64,000 nucleotides of DNA from a bacterium (GCA_029554865.1 JAKPUX010000233.1:23003-87002), one strand, 5' to 3'; shown: positions 28,070 to 37,351, numbered from the stretch's first letter. Notes: generated from the letters alone by a model not told the origin. Numbers and translations are program-made.

Positions 28070-28714
28070 TCAGAGGAGCATCTCCTGAACCCGGTTCACG
28101 AGTTTGGGCCTGCCCGCAGCCCTTTTTTTCATCGAAAAGTAAAGCAGGCGGTTGTTGAGATATTCAAAATTGGTGAGAGGGATCTTGGCCGCCCCGGCGA
28201 GATTGAAATCGGTTTTCTCGAACAACCCGGGAGCCTCGAGCCGGCAGGGTGCGCTTCCTCCTTCTGCCTTGCTCCAGAGAAAGAGAGAGACCTCGTTGTG
28301 CAGGGGGTCGCTGTAGAGCATCACCCCGATCTGATCCCGGCTCAGATTAAAATCGGTCAGGCTGGTTTTGCTGCCGTCGCCGTTGGCGGAGAAGGCCAGT
28401 GTAGCCAGGTAAGCCTTGCCCCGCTGCCGGTCTTTCTCCGGGATCGGGCGGCAAATCAGCAAACCATATTTGACCTTGTTGCAGGCGCGCTTTTTGCAGA
28501 AATCCAGCAATCCGGGCCGCACCGGCCTCTCCAACTCCTCGGAAAGGATGGCATAAAAGGCGTACAGGTTTTGCATCTTTCTGGCGCAGCGCGGGCAGCT
28601 TTTAACGTGGACCTTGATTTGCTCTCTGGTCTCCGCCGCGGTCAGTTCGTCAAGACAGTATAACTCGAGCTCTCTGGTTCCGGGGCAGTCGACTTTACGA
28701 TGGCGCTCGCTCAT
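28070..28714 (-). CDS. zf-HC2 putative anti-sigma factor (no TM segment)
   Basis: N-terminal C-x...LYCLDELTAAETREQIKVHVKSCPRCARK matches the H-x3-C-x2-C anti-sigma zinc-finger pattern. The C-terminal 150 aa are unassigned. Confidence 0.65.
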   Translation of the reverse strand: MSERHRKVDCPGTRELELYCLDELTAAETREQIKVHVKSCPRCARKMQNLYAFYAILSEELERPVRPGLLDFCKKRACNKVKYGLLICRPIPEKDRQRGKAYLATLAFSANGDGSKTSLTDFNLSRDQIGVMLYSDPLHNEVSLFLWSKAEGGSAPCRLEAPGLFEKTDFNLAGAAKIPLTNFEYLNNRLLYFSMKKRAAGRPKLVNRVQEMLL

Positions 28715-28813
28715 GGTCTGTGTTTATCCAGGCTATGGCCTGGCTCCCTGTTTGTTACACCCTCCTATTACTAATATGTAACATACAGACAAAAGCGAGC
28801 AACTACGGAAAAA

Positions 28814-29926
28814 TTAAAGCATTTCACACAAATATTTTCGAAATTCTTTTTTCGCCAGCTTGGCCAGATATTCAAAAACTGAACGTTCCTGCTGCCGATA
28901 CGCCTTCTGGGTCAGTTCGGGCATATAGAATTTGAGGTTTCGATAATAGGAGGAGGTGTCCCGTTTCTGAATGAGATCATAGAGCACATCGCGGAGTGCG
29001 CGATGATAGATCGCCGCCTTTTTCGCAGGCAGCTTGTGGGTGCGCAGATACTGGAAATCCAGCCGCGACCAGATGCTCTCCATCACCACGCTGATATACT
29101 CCTCCATCTCCTTGCTTTCCAGTTCATCGGAGGGCGTCGAAACCGATTCCCCGGCAGCCAGCCGTTCGCGGCAGACATCGAACTTGACGTAACGGACCAG
29201 TTTGACCACAGCGTCCAGGGCGCAGAAATTCTGATTGTCGGCGAGGGAATGAATGGCTTCCAGCAAACGGCGGATGGAGACGGAAACGGAATCGCCGGAG
29301 CGGTAGTTGTCCAGAAAAAGCTTGTGCAGCATCTCCTCGGGGATCGGCGGCAGGGTGCGGCGCAGATAGAGGGCCAGCCGGGCGCTCGGCACGCCTCCCT
29401 GTTCATTCTTCGGCACCGGGCCGTGAAATACATATTCCTTGCCCAGTTCACGGAAAAGATGCAGGTCGGCAGCCGTGCGGATCGCCACCTTGATGTTGCG
29501 TACGATCTTCGCCCCCTCCGGATCCCGCTCCCGGAAAATTCGCGAAAGCTCCTGCTTGGTCTTGCGCACGATCAGACGCCGTGTGAGGATCAGAACCTCA
29601 GCATCATTGATAAAAGGCATCTCTGCAAATTTGCCTTCGTAATATTTTTTCAGCTGCGGAAAACGGCCCGACTCGTCACGGCCGAAAAGCTCGGCGATGC
29701 AATCCATCGCCAGGTCAGCCAACTCGAGATCCGCCTCCCAGGCATCTCCGCTGATACGCTTGCCCAGCATCTCCTGGTATTTGAGATAGCTGAGGGAAAT
29801 CTTCTGCGCCAGATTAATGTACTGGATCAATCCGGACTGACTATAGCTCCCGTCGCAGATGCTGTACACAAGCTGCGTTAGATTCGCATTTTTCATAGGA
29901 TCGCGTCGCACTTCCTTGTTCATCAA
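28814..29926 (-). CDS. hypothetical protein; possibly a highly divergent sigma70/ECF-like factor
   Basis: 370 aa. ADLAMDCIAELF...LILTRRLIVRKTKQELSRIFRERDP weakly resembles sigma region 2.1-2.2. I could not recognise a region-4 HTH. It lies directly upstream of a zf-HC2 anti-sigma gene. The real start is probably ATG 29923 (ORF-track start is TTG 29926). Confidence 0.3.
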   Translation of the reverse strand: MMNKEVRRDPMKNANLTQLVYSICDGSYSQSGLIQYINLAQKISLSYLKYQEMLGKRISGDAWEADLELADLAMDCIAELFGRDESGRFPQLKKYYEGKFAEMPFINDAEVLILTRRLIVRKTKQELSRIFRERDPEGAKIVRNIKVAIRTAADLHLFRELGKEYVFHGPVPKNEQGGVPSARLALYLRRTLPPIPEEMLHKLFLDNYRSGDSVSVSIRRLLEAIHSLADNQNFCALDAVVKLVRYVKFDVCRERLAAGESVSTPSDELESKEMEEYISVVMESIWSRLDFQYLRTHKLPAKKAAIYHRALRDVLYDLIQKRDTSSYYRNLKFYMPELTQKAYRQQERSVFEYLAKLAKKEFRKYLCEML

Positions 29927-30081
29927 TGGCCACCCCCCTCCACCAGCACCTCCCCGCCCCGATCATCGCCCCCATGGACCCCACCGCTCACGAGGGTACA
30001 GAATCCCGCTGGTCATCCCCGCCGGCTGCTGACTGCCGGCGACCCCGCACCCCGCACACAATCCGGGGTTCACATAGCCTG

Positions 30082-30097
30082 CGCAAATCGTGTACCA
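30082..30097 (-). promoter_or_regulatory. sigma54 (-24/-12) promoter
   Basis: Minus strand reads TGGTACACGATTTGCG, with GG and GC in exactly the consensus register (TGGCAC-N5-TTGCW). It sits between the terminator of the activator gene and the 370-aa ORF, with an AT-rich tract (30121-30146) just upstream. Confidence 0.6.
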
Positions 30098-30217
30098 AGA
30101 ATTGTGCTGCGGAGCACTTTGGTAAATTATTGTTATTATTGTTTTGAAAAGAAGGGGGAGCAGGTTTTACGGGAAGGGGGCTGTGACAGCCTGATACAAT
30201 GTGCCGGGATGAAACAT

Positions 30218-30250
30218 AAAAAAAGGCGCAAAGCAATTTTGCTGTGCGCC
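30218..30250 (-). terminator. rho-independent terminator after the NtrC-type activator gene
   Basis: Minus strand reads GGCGCACAGCAA-AA-TTGCTTTGCGCC (one mismatch) followed by T7. Confidence 0.8.
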
Positions 30251-30273
30251 CGGTCACAAAATCAAAATATCAT

Positions 30274-31674
30274 CTAGCTCTTTACCATCGGGAGTCCGTA
30301 TTTTTTCGCCTTGCGGTAGATGGTCGCCCGCCCGATGCCGAGCTTCTTGGCGGTCTGGGAGATGTTGCCCTCGCATTCCAGCAGAGCCTGGCGCAGGGCC
30401 TCCTCCTCAAGCTTTTCGATCCAGCTGGCGAGGGTGTTGTCCGATTCGTAGATGCGCTTTTCGCCCAGGGAACGGACCGCCGCCGGCAGATCCTTGGCGC
30501 CGATCTCCGGGCCGCTGGCAAGCACCATCGCCCGCTCCATGGCATTCTCCAACTCGCGCACATTGCCCGGCCAGTGGTAGGCCATCATCAGATCCAGGGC
30601 ATCCGGGGTGATCCCTTCAATGCTCTTGCCCTCCTGCTTGGCGTACTTTTGCAGGAAATGACCGGCCAGCAGAGGGATGTCTTCGCGGCGCTCTCGCAAC
30701 GGCGGCAGCTTGATCGGAAAGACCGAGATGCGGTAGTATAGGTCCTCGCGGAACTCGCCCTTTTTCATCTCATCCTCGAGATCCTTGTTGGTGGCAGAGA
30801 TGATCCGCACATCGACCTTGACCAGCTCGTTGCCGCCGACCCGCTCGAACTCCCGCTCCTGCAGCACACGCAAAAGTTTGGACTGCGTCGCCGGGGTCAT
30901 CAGGCCGATCTCGTCCAGAAAGATCGTGCCGCCATTGGCCTGCTCGAATTTGCCGATACGCCGTCCGACCGCACCGGTGAAAGAGCCCTTCTCATGGCCG
31001 AACAACTCGCTTTCAAGAAGCGACTCAGGCAGGGCAGAACAATTGACGGCGACGAAAGGCTTGCCGGCGCGCATCGTCGAGTGGTAATGAATCGCCCGGG
31101 CGATCAGCTCCTTGCCGGTGCCGCTTTCACCCTGGATGAGAACCGTCACATTGCTGTTGAAAACCTTCTCGACGGCGCGGAAAACATCCTGCATCACGCC
31201 GCTCTGACCGATGATGTTGGCAAAGGCGTATTTGCTCTTGAGTTCGGAGCGCAGCTCATCGACCTCGCGTCGCAGCGAGCTGTTCATCAAAGCGTTGTTC
31301 ACCGTCACCAGCAGTCGGTCACGGGCGAAGGGCTTGGTCAAAAAATCGTAGGCCCCCGCCTTCATGCTCGAAACCGCCCGCTCGATGGTGCCGTGCGCGG
31401 TCATCATGATCACCGGGATGTAGGGATTTTCTTCTCGGATTCTGTGCAGGGTCTCGATGCCGTCAATGCCCGGCATCTGTATATCCAGCAGGACCAGATC
31501 GGGGGGATTTTCCTTGATCAAACGCAAACAAGCTTCGCCGCTCAGGGCCGTCTCTATTTCATACCGCTTCTCTTTGCGAAGACTTGCCTCGATCATCTTG
31601 CAGATATTCTTGTCATCATCGACAATGAGAATATTTGCCTTGCTCGTTGTTTCATCCACCATGCCACTCTCCAA
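30274..31674 (-). CDS. sigma54-dependent Fis-family response regulator (NtrC type)
   Basis: Canonical receiver (ILIVDDD...DLVLLDIQMPGIDG), AAA+ domain with GESGTGKE, GSFTGA (GAFTGA variant) and ESELFGH, and a C-terminal Fis-type HTH (NISQTAKKLGIGRATIYRK). Confidence 0.92.
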   Translation of the reverse strand: MESGMVDETTSKANILIVDDDKNICKMIEASLRKEKRYEIETALSGEACLRLIKENPPDLVLLDIQMPGIDGIETLHRIREENPYIPVIMMTAHGTIERAVSSMKAGAYDFLTKPFARDRLLVTVNNALMNSSLRREVDELRSELKSKYAFANIIGQSGVMQDVFRAVEKVFNSNVTVLIQGESGTGKELIARAIHYHSTMRAGKPFVAVNCSALPESLLESELFGHEKGSFTGAVGRRIGKFEQANGGTIFLDEIGLMTPATQSKLLRVLQEREFERVGGNELVKVDVRIISATNKDLEDEMKKGEFREDLYYRISVFPIKLPPLRERREDIPLLAGHFLQKYAKQEGKSIEGITPDALDLMMAYHWPGNVRELENAMERAMVLASGPEIGAKDLPAAVRSLGEKRIYESDNTLASWIEKLEEEALRQALLECEGNISQTAKKLGIGRATIYRKAKKYGLPMVKS

Positions 31675-31719
31675 TATTGGCTGAGAGGTATCGATGCTTT
31701 ATCATGCGCTGCTTAAGGT

Positions 31720-31748
31720 ATCATACCAAAATTTTGTCTAATTTGCAA
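31720..31748 (-). promoter_or_regulatory. sigma70-type promoter for the activator gene
   Basis: Minus strand reads TTGCAA (31748-31743), 17 nt, TATGAT (31725-31720), about 45 nt upstream of ATG 31674. Confidence 0.45.
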
Positions 31749-31774
31749 GATATTTTTGTCTTACTTTGAGACAG

Positions 31775-32815
31775 TTACAGGATCCCGTGGCTGCGGCAGA
31801 GCGACAGCAGCAGCTTCTCGGCGTGTGGACCATCTTCCGGCTCGACAGCAACAGAGAGATGGAACCAGTGCGGGGGGAGATTGAAGGCGGGGAGCAGCTT
31901 GACCCAATCCTTGTCGGTGGTGATGATCACATCCGCCCGGTGGTGCTCCCGCACTCTTTCCAGATCACGAATATCGCGCTGCCCATAGTCGTGATGATCC
32001 CTGAAGCAAATGAACCGGACGACCTCAAAGCCCATTTCCCGGGCGGTATTCAACACCCCCTGCGGTTTGGCCAGGCCACAAAAAAGTACGACGCGCAGAT
32101 CGGGCGTCGGATCAAGCCGCTCCCCGGCGCGATTGCGGCAGTCCGTGACCCCCAACCTCGCCCTGATAGAGGGCAAATCCGCCGGGCTGTGAATGAGCAG
32201 ATCATCGTGGAGGCGGGCAGACTCGTTGAACCAGAGCAGGTCGGCGCGTCTCAGGGCCTCCAGCGGTTCCCGCAGCGGCCCCGCCGGCAGCAGCCAGCCG
32301 TTGCCGAGATCGCTCTGCTCCTTGAAGGTGACGATATCGAGATCCCGGTGCAGCCGGCGATGCTGAAATCCGTCGTCGAGAAGAAAGAGATCCGGCCGAA
32401 AGTGTTGGAGGGCATGCCTCCCGGCGCGGGCACGGTCGCTGTCGACGACCACAACAGCCCCGGGCAGCTGCTGCGCCAGCAGCATCGGCTCGTCGCCCGC
32501 CTCCTCCACTCCGGAGCGAATCCCCTCGCCATCCGCCACTACGACCATGCCCCGGCTCCGTCGCCGGTAGCCGCGGCTGAGGATGCACACCCTTTGGCCC
32601 TGCTGCTGCAGCCAGCGCACCAGATAGAGCACCGTTGGGGTCTTGCCTGTGCCCCCGACCACGATATTGCCGACGCTGATGACCGGGCGCTCAAGCCGGA
32701 ACACCTCAGCCGCGCCGCTGTCGAAGCGGCGATTGCGCCTCCTGATGGCCAGGCCATAAAGCCCGGAGAGGGGCCGCATCAGCAGGGCGGGCCACCTGGT
32801 TTCAAAATAGCCCAT
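31775..32815 (-). CDS. lpxK: tetraacyldisaccharide 4'-kinase
   Basis: P-loop VISVGNIVVGGTGKTP, about 345 aa, lipid A gene context. Confidence 0.88.
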   Translation of the reverse strand: MGYFETRWPALLMRPLSGLYGLAIRRRNRRFDSGAAEVFRLERPVISVGNIVVGGTGKTPTVLYLVRWLQQQGQRVCILSRGYRRRSRGMVVVADGEGIRSGVEEAGDEPMLLAQQLPGAVVVVDSDRARAGRHALQHFRPDLFLLDDGFQHRRLHRDLDIVTFKEQSDLGNGWLLPAGPLREPLEALRRADLLWFNESARLHDDLLIHSPADLPSIRARLGVTDCRNRAGERLDPTPDLRVVLFCGLAKPQGVLNTAREMGFEVVRFICFRDHHDYGQRDIRDLERVREHHRADVIITTDKDWVKLLPAFNLPPHWFHLSVAVEPEDGPHAEKLLLSLCRSHGIL

Positions 32816-33458
32816 TCGCCTCCTCCTCCAGTTTGGCCAGCCGGCCCTCCACTTCCCGGCGAAAGAGCTCCAGCTCTTCGCTGTCGAGTCTTTCCGGAAC
32901 CCGGATGGGCTCGCCGTAGATCAGGCGGACACGGGAGAGGGGCCACCAGAGCGTCATCCGGTCCCAGCTGTTCAGGGTGATGGGCCGAGAAGCCGCAAAA
33001 GTCATCGGCAGAAGGGGGACGCCTGCCCGCATCGCCAGCACGAGCGCTCCGGTCTTGAAGTGATGGCGCGGGCCTGTCGGGCCATCGGGCAGGATGCAGC
33101 AGATCCTGTTGAGGCGGAGGGCCTTGAGCATGTCACGAAAGGCCTGTCTTCCGCCGCGCGTGCTTGAGCCGCGCACTGTGAAATAGCCCAGCCGCTGGAC
33201 GGTCCGGGCGATCATCTCGCCGTCGCGATGTTCGCTGACCATGGCCACCACTCCGAGATGGCGATGCAGATAGAGGGGGGCAACCATCTTGCCATGCCAG
33301 GGCACGGCGATGAAGCCCTTGCCCTCGGCAACCAGCTGGTTCCAGTATTTACGGTTGCGGACGCTGATCCTAGCACTCTTGCCAAAGAACAGGATGAGCA
33401 GCCAGGCAAACCTGGTCGCAAGAAAAAAGAGCACTTTTTCCTTGTTTTTTTTATCCAT
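32802..33458 (-). CDS. DUF374-type lysophospholipid acyltransferase family protein
   Basis: SEHRDGEMIARTVQRLGYFTVRGSSTRGGRQA...LPDGPTGPRH matches the DUF374 core as I recall it. Start is ATG 33458 (MDKKNK); the alternative at 33503 is possible. Confidence 0.65.
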   Translation of the reverse strand: MDKKNKEKVLFFLATRFAWLLILFFGKSARISVRNRKYWNQLVAEGKGFIAVPWHGKMVAPLYLHRHLGVVAMVSEHRDGEMIARTVQRLGYFTVRGSSTRGGRQAFRDMLKALRLNRICCILPDGPTGPRHHFKTGALVLAMRAGVPLLPMTFAASRPITLNSWDRMTLWWPLSRVRLIYGEPIRVPERLDSEELELFRREVEGRLAKLEEEANGLF

Positions 33459-33509
33459 AAGAGTATACTGATTTTTTGTGTCAGAGCCTGTGCGAGCTAT
33501 CACACTACC

Positions 33510-34661
33510 CTAATTTGTCTCATCCTGATGCAGACCGATCTGTTCAAGCACCAGGCGGGCGGTTTTTTGCGAGGCTCCGGCCTCACCCAGCCTGTTCCGC
33601 ACACCAGCAAGCTTGACCTGCATGGCCGAGCGCGCCGGCTCATCAAAAAGGAGCCGCTCCACGACCGGCGCCATCTGATCGGGGACGAGATCATCCTGCA
33701 GGAATTCGGGGACGACCGCTTCGCCAGCGACAATATTGACAAGGCCGATATTCGGGATCTTGACCAGCTGTTTTCCGATCGCAAAGGAGAGGGGAGAGAC
33801 CCGGTAGAGCAGGGCGAAGGGGAGATCAGCGCAAGCCGCCTCGAGGGTGGCCGTTCCGGAGGCGACCATTCCGGCTGTGGCATAGTGCATGAGAGGATAA
33901 TAGTCCGCCCTGACCGCCCTCGCCCAGGGGGCCGCGGCGACAAGAGATTCAAACTGCTGCGGTTCGACCGAGGCCGCCTGGCTGATGGCGACCTGCAACT
34001 CGGGATGGTTTCGGCGCAGCTGCTCCGCGGTCTGCAGCATCGGTGGCAGGAGATGGCGCACCTCCTGGTTGCGCGAGCCCGGGATCAGCGCCAGCAGGGG
34101 GTGGCCGGGATTGAGGTCGTACTTCTCCATAAACTCATAACGCGAGAGTCCGACCTCCATCCCCTCGAGCAGGGGATGACCAACAAAGGTGGTCTTGATC
34201 TGATAGCGGGAGAAAAAATCCACTTCAAAGGCGAAAAGAACCGCCATCTGATCGACAAAGCCGGCCATCTTCGCCGCACGTCCCTGACCCCAGGCCCAGA
34301 CCTGGGGGGCGATATAGTAAAAGGTGGAGATCCCCAGTTTTTTAACCGCCTTGGCGAAACGGAGATTGAAGCCGGGGTAGTCGATGAGGACCACCACCTC
34401 AGGACGGCGGCTCTTGACCACCTCGATCAACCGGTTGAAGACACGGCGGAAGTAAAGATAATGGCGGGCGACCTCGATGAAGCCGATATAGGCGAGATCA
34501 TTAACATGATAGTAGAGTTCCATGCCCGCCGCAGCCATCCGGTCGCCGCCGACCCCGAACAGCTCCAGTTCCGGTTCGAGCCCGCGCAGGGCTGCGACCA
34601 GTTTGCCGCCGTGGAGGTCCCCGGAGGCCTCTCCGGCGATGAGCATCACCTTCAACGGCAT
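33510..34661 (-). CDS. lpxB: lipid-A-disaccharide synthase
   Basis: MLIAGEASGDLHGGKLV N-terminus, about 380 aa. Start is ATG 34661 (MPLKV); the alternative is 34679. Confidence 0.88.
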   Translation of the reverse strand: MPLKVMLIAGEASGDLHGGKLVAALRGLEPELELFGVGGDRMAAAGMELYYHVNDLAYIGFIEVARHYLYFRRVFNRLIEVVKSRRPEVVVLIDYPGFNLRFAKAVKKLGISTFYYIAPQVWAWGQGRAAKMAGFVDQMAVLFAFEVDFFSRYQIKTTFVGHPLLEGMEVGLSRYEFMEKYDLNPGHPLLALIPGSRNQEVRHLLPPMLQTAEQLRRNHPELQVAISQAASVEPQQFESLVAAAPWARAVRADYYPLMHYATAGMVASGTATLEAACADLPFALLYRVSPLSFAIGKQLVKIPNIGLVNIVAGEAVVPEFLQDDLVPDQMAPVVERLLFDEPARSAMQVKLAGVRNRLGEAGASQKTARLVLEQIGLHQDETN

Positions 34662-34668
34662 GGCAACC

Positions 34669-35241
34669 TCAGCGTACAAGCCAGCGCAGCAGGATCAGAA
34701 TCGTCACCGCTGTGAAGCTTTGCAGCGAATTTCGTTCAGTGCGCAGGGCTTTTTTAAGGGTAGTCGGCACGCGCTCTCCCCTGCCCCAGGAGGTGAGGCG
34801 TGGAAAGACGGAGGGCACATTCTCTTCATATTCACCATACTGCGCGCCGAACTTGTTGCGCAGAAACTCTTCCTCCAGGCTGATGATCGCTCGGTACTGC
34901 ACATAAAAAAGGAGCAAAAATATCACCATCAGCCAGGGCATCCAGGGCCAGGCCATGATGAGAATCCCGGAGCTGAGTAAAAAATTGCCCGGGTACAGGG
35001 GGTTGCGCAAATGCCCGTAGGGTCCGTCGGTAACCAGAACATCCGCACCGACCTCTCCGGTCGTGCGCGTGGCGCTGCCCGCATAGCGGACCGACCAGAG
35101 TCGAATCGACTCGCCGATCAGGGCGATGAGCAGTCCTGCGGCAAAAGAGGCGGGGGTCGTTCGGGCCAGCACCAGCGCTGCGATAATCAGCGGAATTGGT
35201 GTGTAGCTGCGGTACTTGAAAAAGAAATCACGCACAGTCAT
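34669..35241 (-). CDS. isoprenylcysteine carboxyl methyltransferase (ICMT/PEMT-like) family membrane protein
   Basis: Polytopic, 190 aa, with RNPLYPGNFLL and EEEFLRNKFGAQYGEY motifs typical of ICMT-family methyltransferases. Confidence 0.6.
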   Translation of the reverse strand: MTVRDFFFKYRSYTPIPLIIAALVLARTTPASFAAGLLIALIGESIRLWSVRYAGSATRTTGEVGADVLVTDGPYGHLRNPLYPGNFLLSSGILIMAWPWMPWLMVIFLLLFYVQYRAIISLEEEFLRNKFGAQYGEYEENVPSVFPRLTSWGRGERVPTTLKKALRTERNSLQSFTAVTILILLRWLVR

Positions 35242-35286
35242 GGGAGTATTCCCTGAGTTGGATTTAAAAACGCTCAGCCCGCCGCT

Positions 35287-36270
35287 TTAGCGGGTGTTGC
35301 GGGCGATGATGCCGGTGATCTCCTCGGCCACCTGCAGCGCCCTCAATCCGTCATCCCCGCTCACGATGGGACGGGTGCGGCTGCGCACTGCCTTGAGGAA
35401 GGCCTGCCATTCGGCCTGCATGGCATCCCCCTCCGGCGCCTTGGGCTGCTCATAGATGATATGCCGCTTGCGCTTGCCCTTGTCGATCTGCCCCAACACA
35501 ACAGTGGTCGGCTCCCCCTCCTCGGCGCCGACAATGCGAAAGACCTCCGAGAGGCGCTGCAGGAAATCGATCGAGATGTAGGCATCGCGCTGGAATATGC
35601 GCATCTTGCGCATTTTGCGCTGCGAAATCCGGCTGGCTGTCACATTGGCGACGCAGCCGTTGGCAAACTGCAGCCGCGCATTGGCGATATCGACCTCGTC
35701 GGAGACGACCGCCACCCCGCTGGCATCGATGCGGCTGACCTCGCTCTTGACCAGACTGAGGATGATATCAATATCATGGATCATCAGATCGAGTACGACC
35801 GCGACATCGGTGCCGCGCGGATCGAAGGGGGCCATGCGGTGGGATTCTATGAACATGGGATCGGGGAGCAGGTGCTCAAGTGCGCGGATGGCGGGATTGA
35901 AACGCTCGATATGGCCCACCTGGAGTACCGCCTTGTTCTCCGCCGCCAGCGCCGCCATCTCCTCCGCTTCCCCGATTGTCGCGGCGATGGGCTTTTCGAC
36001 AAAGACTGCCTTGCCGGCCTTCAGGGCTGGCAAGGTATACTGGTGATGCAGGGTGGTGGGAACAGCGATCCCCACGGCGTCGACCTGTTCCAGCATCTCC
36101 GCATAAGTGGAGAAAGCCATGCAGCGAAAACGCTCTGCACTCTCCCGTGCACGCGCATCGTCGATATCGTAAAGGCCGACCAGTTCGGCTTCCGCCAGCT
36201 GGCTGAGGGTGTTGCAGTGAAAGGTGCCCAGTTTGCCGACACCGGCGATGCCGATTCTGACTCTCTCCAT
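35287..36270 (-). CDS. Gfo/Idh/MocA family oxidoreductase
   Basis: N-terminal Rossmann RIGIAGVGKLG and the VFVEKP motif. Confidence 0.8.
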   Translation of the reverse strand: MERVRIGIAGVGKLGTFHCNTLSQLAEAELVGLYDIDDARARESAERFRCMAFSTYAEMLEQVDAVGIAVPTTLHHQYTLPALKAGKAVFVEKPIAATIGEAEEMAALAAENKAVLQVGHIERFNPAIRALEHLLPDPMFIESHRMAPFDPRGTDVAVVLDLMIHDIDIILSLVKSEVSRIDASGVAVVSDEVDIANARLQFANGCVANVTASRISQRKMRKMRIFQRDAYISIDFLQRLSEVFRIVGAEEGEPTTVVLGQIDKGKRKRHIIYEQPKAPEGDAMQAEWQAFLKAVRSRTRPIVSGDDGLRALQVAEEITGIIARNTR

Positions 36271-36303
36271 TGAAACCTCCGAATTGATCCGCCCGGGCCG
36301 GGA

Positions 36304-37308
36304 TCAGGCGGTAAAGTGCGCCTCATCCGCAGCCTCTTGCGGGAAAATATCCTGGCAGCCCAGGCAGCGGCGGACAAGAAAATAGTCGCTCTCCTTGCGC
36401 AGCGAGGTGATCATCTCCCCAAGCAGACCAATGGAGAAAAACTGAATGCCGACAATGATCAGCAGCACGCCAAGAAATAGCAGCGGGCGGTTGCTGAGAA
36501 ACCTGTTCTCGAAAATCCGCTGCCAGGTGAGCAGAATGGTGATGACAAACCCCCCAAGAAAGAAGAGAAATCCGAGCACGCCAAAAAGGTGGAGCGGCCG
36601 CATCTTGTAGCGGGTCAGGAAGGAGATGGTCATGAGATCGAAAGCCCCGCGGGCAAAACGGGCGATGCCGAACTTGGAACTCCCGTATTTGCGGGCGTGG
36701 TGCGTGACCGGAATCTCGGTGACTCGAAAGCCGTTGCGGTGGGCGATCACCGGCAGGTAACGATGGAGTTCGCCGTAGACCTGCATGGTCTTGACGACCT
36801 CCCGGCGATAGATCTTCAGGCCGCAGTTAAAGTCGTGCAGCTGGATGCCGCTGAAGCGGGAGGTGAAATAGTTATAGATCTTGGAGGTCCACCGCTTGAT
36901 AAACGGATCGTGCCGCACCTTTTTCCATCCCGAGACCAGATCGTAACCCGTCTCGAGTTTGGCGAGGAGCTGGGGGATCTCCCCGGGATCATCCTGGAGA
37001 TCCGAATCCATGGTGACCACGAAGGTCCCCCGCGCGACCCTGAATCCGGCGGCCAGGGCGGCCGATTTGCCATAGTTGTGCATGAACTGGATCAACTTCA
37101 CCCGCTCATCCTTGCGATGCAGCTCTTCGATCAACCGGCCCGATCCATCGGTCGAGCCGTCATCCACAAAGATGATCTCGTAGCTCTTTTTCATCCCGGC
37201 CATCACTGCCGTGATCCTGTCAAAAAGTTCCTGAAGCGACTCCTCCTCGTTGTAGCTCGGAATGACCAGAGAAAAATCCGGCGGCACGGTCTTCATGATT
37301 GCATTCAT
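36304..37308 (-). CDS. GT2 polyprenol-phosphate glycosyltransferase (ArnC/GtrB/DPM1-like)
   Basis: LVIPSYNEEESL, IIFVDDGSTDGS and MDSDLQDDP, plus two C-terminal TM helices. Confidence 0.8.
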   Translation of the reverse strand: MNAIMKTVPPDFSLVIPSYNEEESLQELFDRITAVMAGMKKSYEIIFVDDGSTDGSGRLIEELHRKDERVKLIQFMHNYGKSAALAAGFRVARGTFVVTMDSDLQDDPGEIPQLLAKLETGYDLVSGWKKVRHDPFIKRWTSKIYNYFTSRFSGIQLHDFNCGLKIYRREVVKTMQVYGELHRYLPVIAHRNGFRVTEIPVTHHARKYGSSKFGIARFARGAFDLMTISFLTRYKMRPLHLFGVLGFLFFLGGFVITILLTWQRIFENRFLSNRPLLFLGVLLIIVGIQFFSIGLLGEMITSLRKESDYFLVRRCLGCQDIFPQEAADEAHFTA

Positions 37309-37351
37309 GGCGCTCCTCTAGGCGATGGAACCGGCGCCGCACAGGTAGAAC

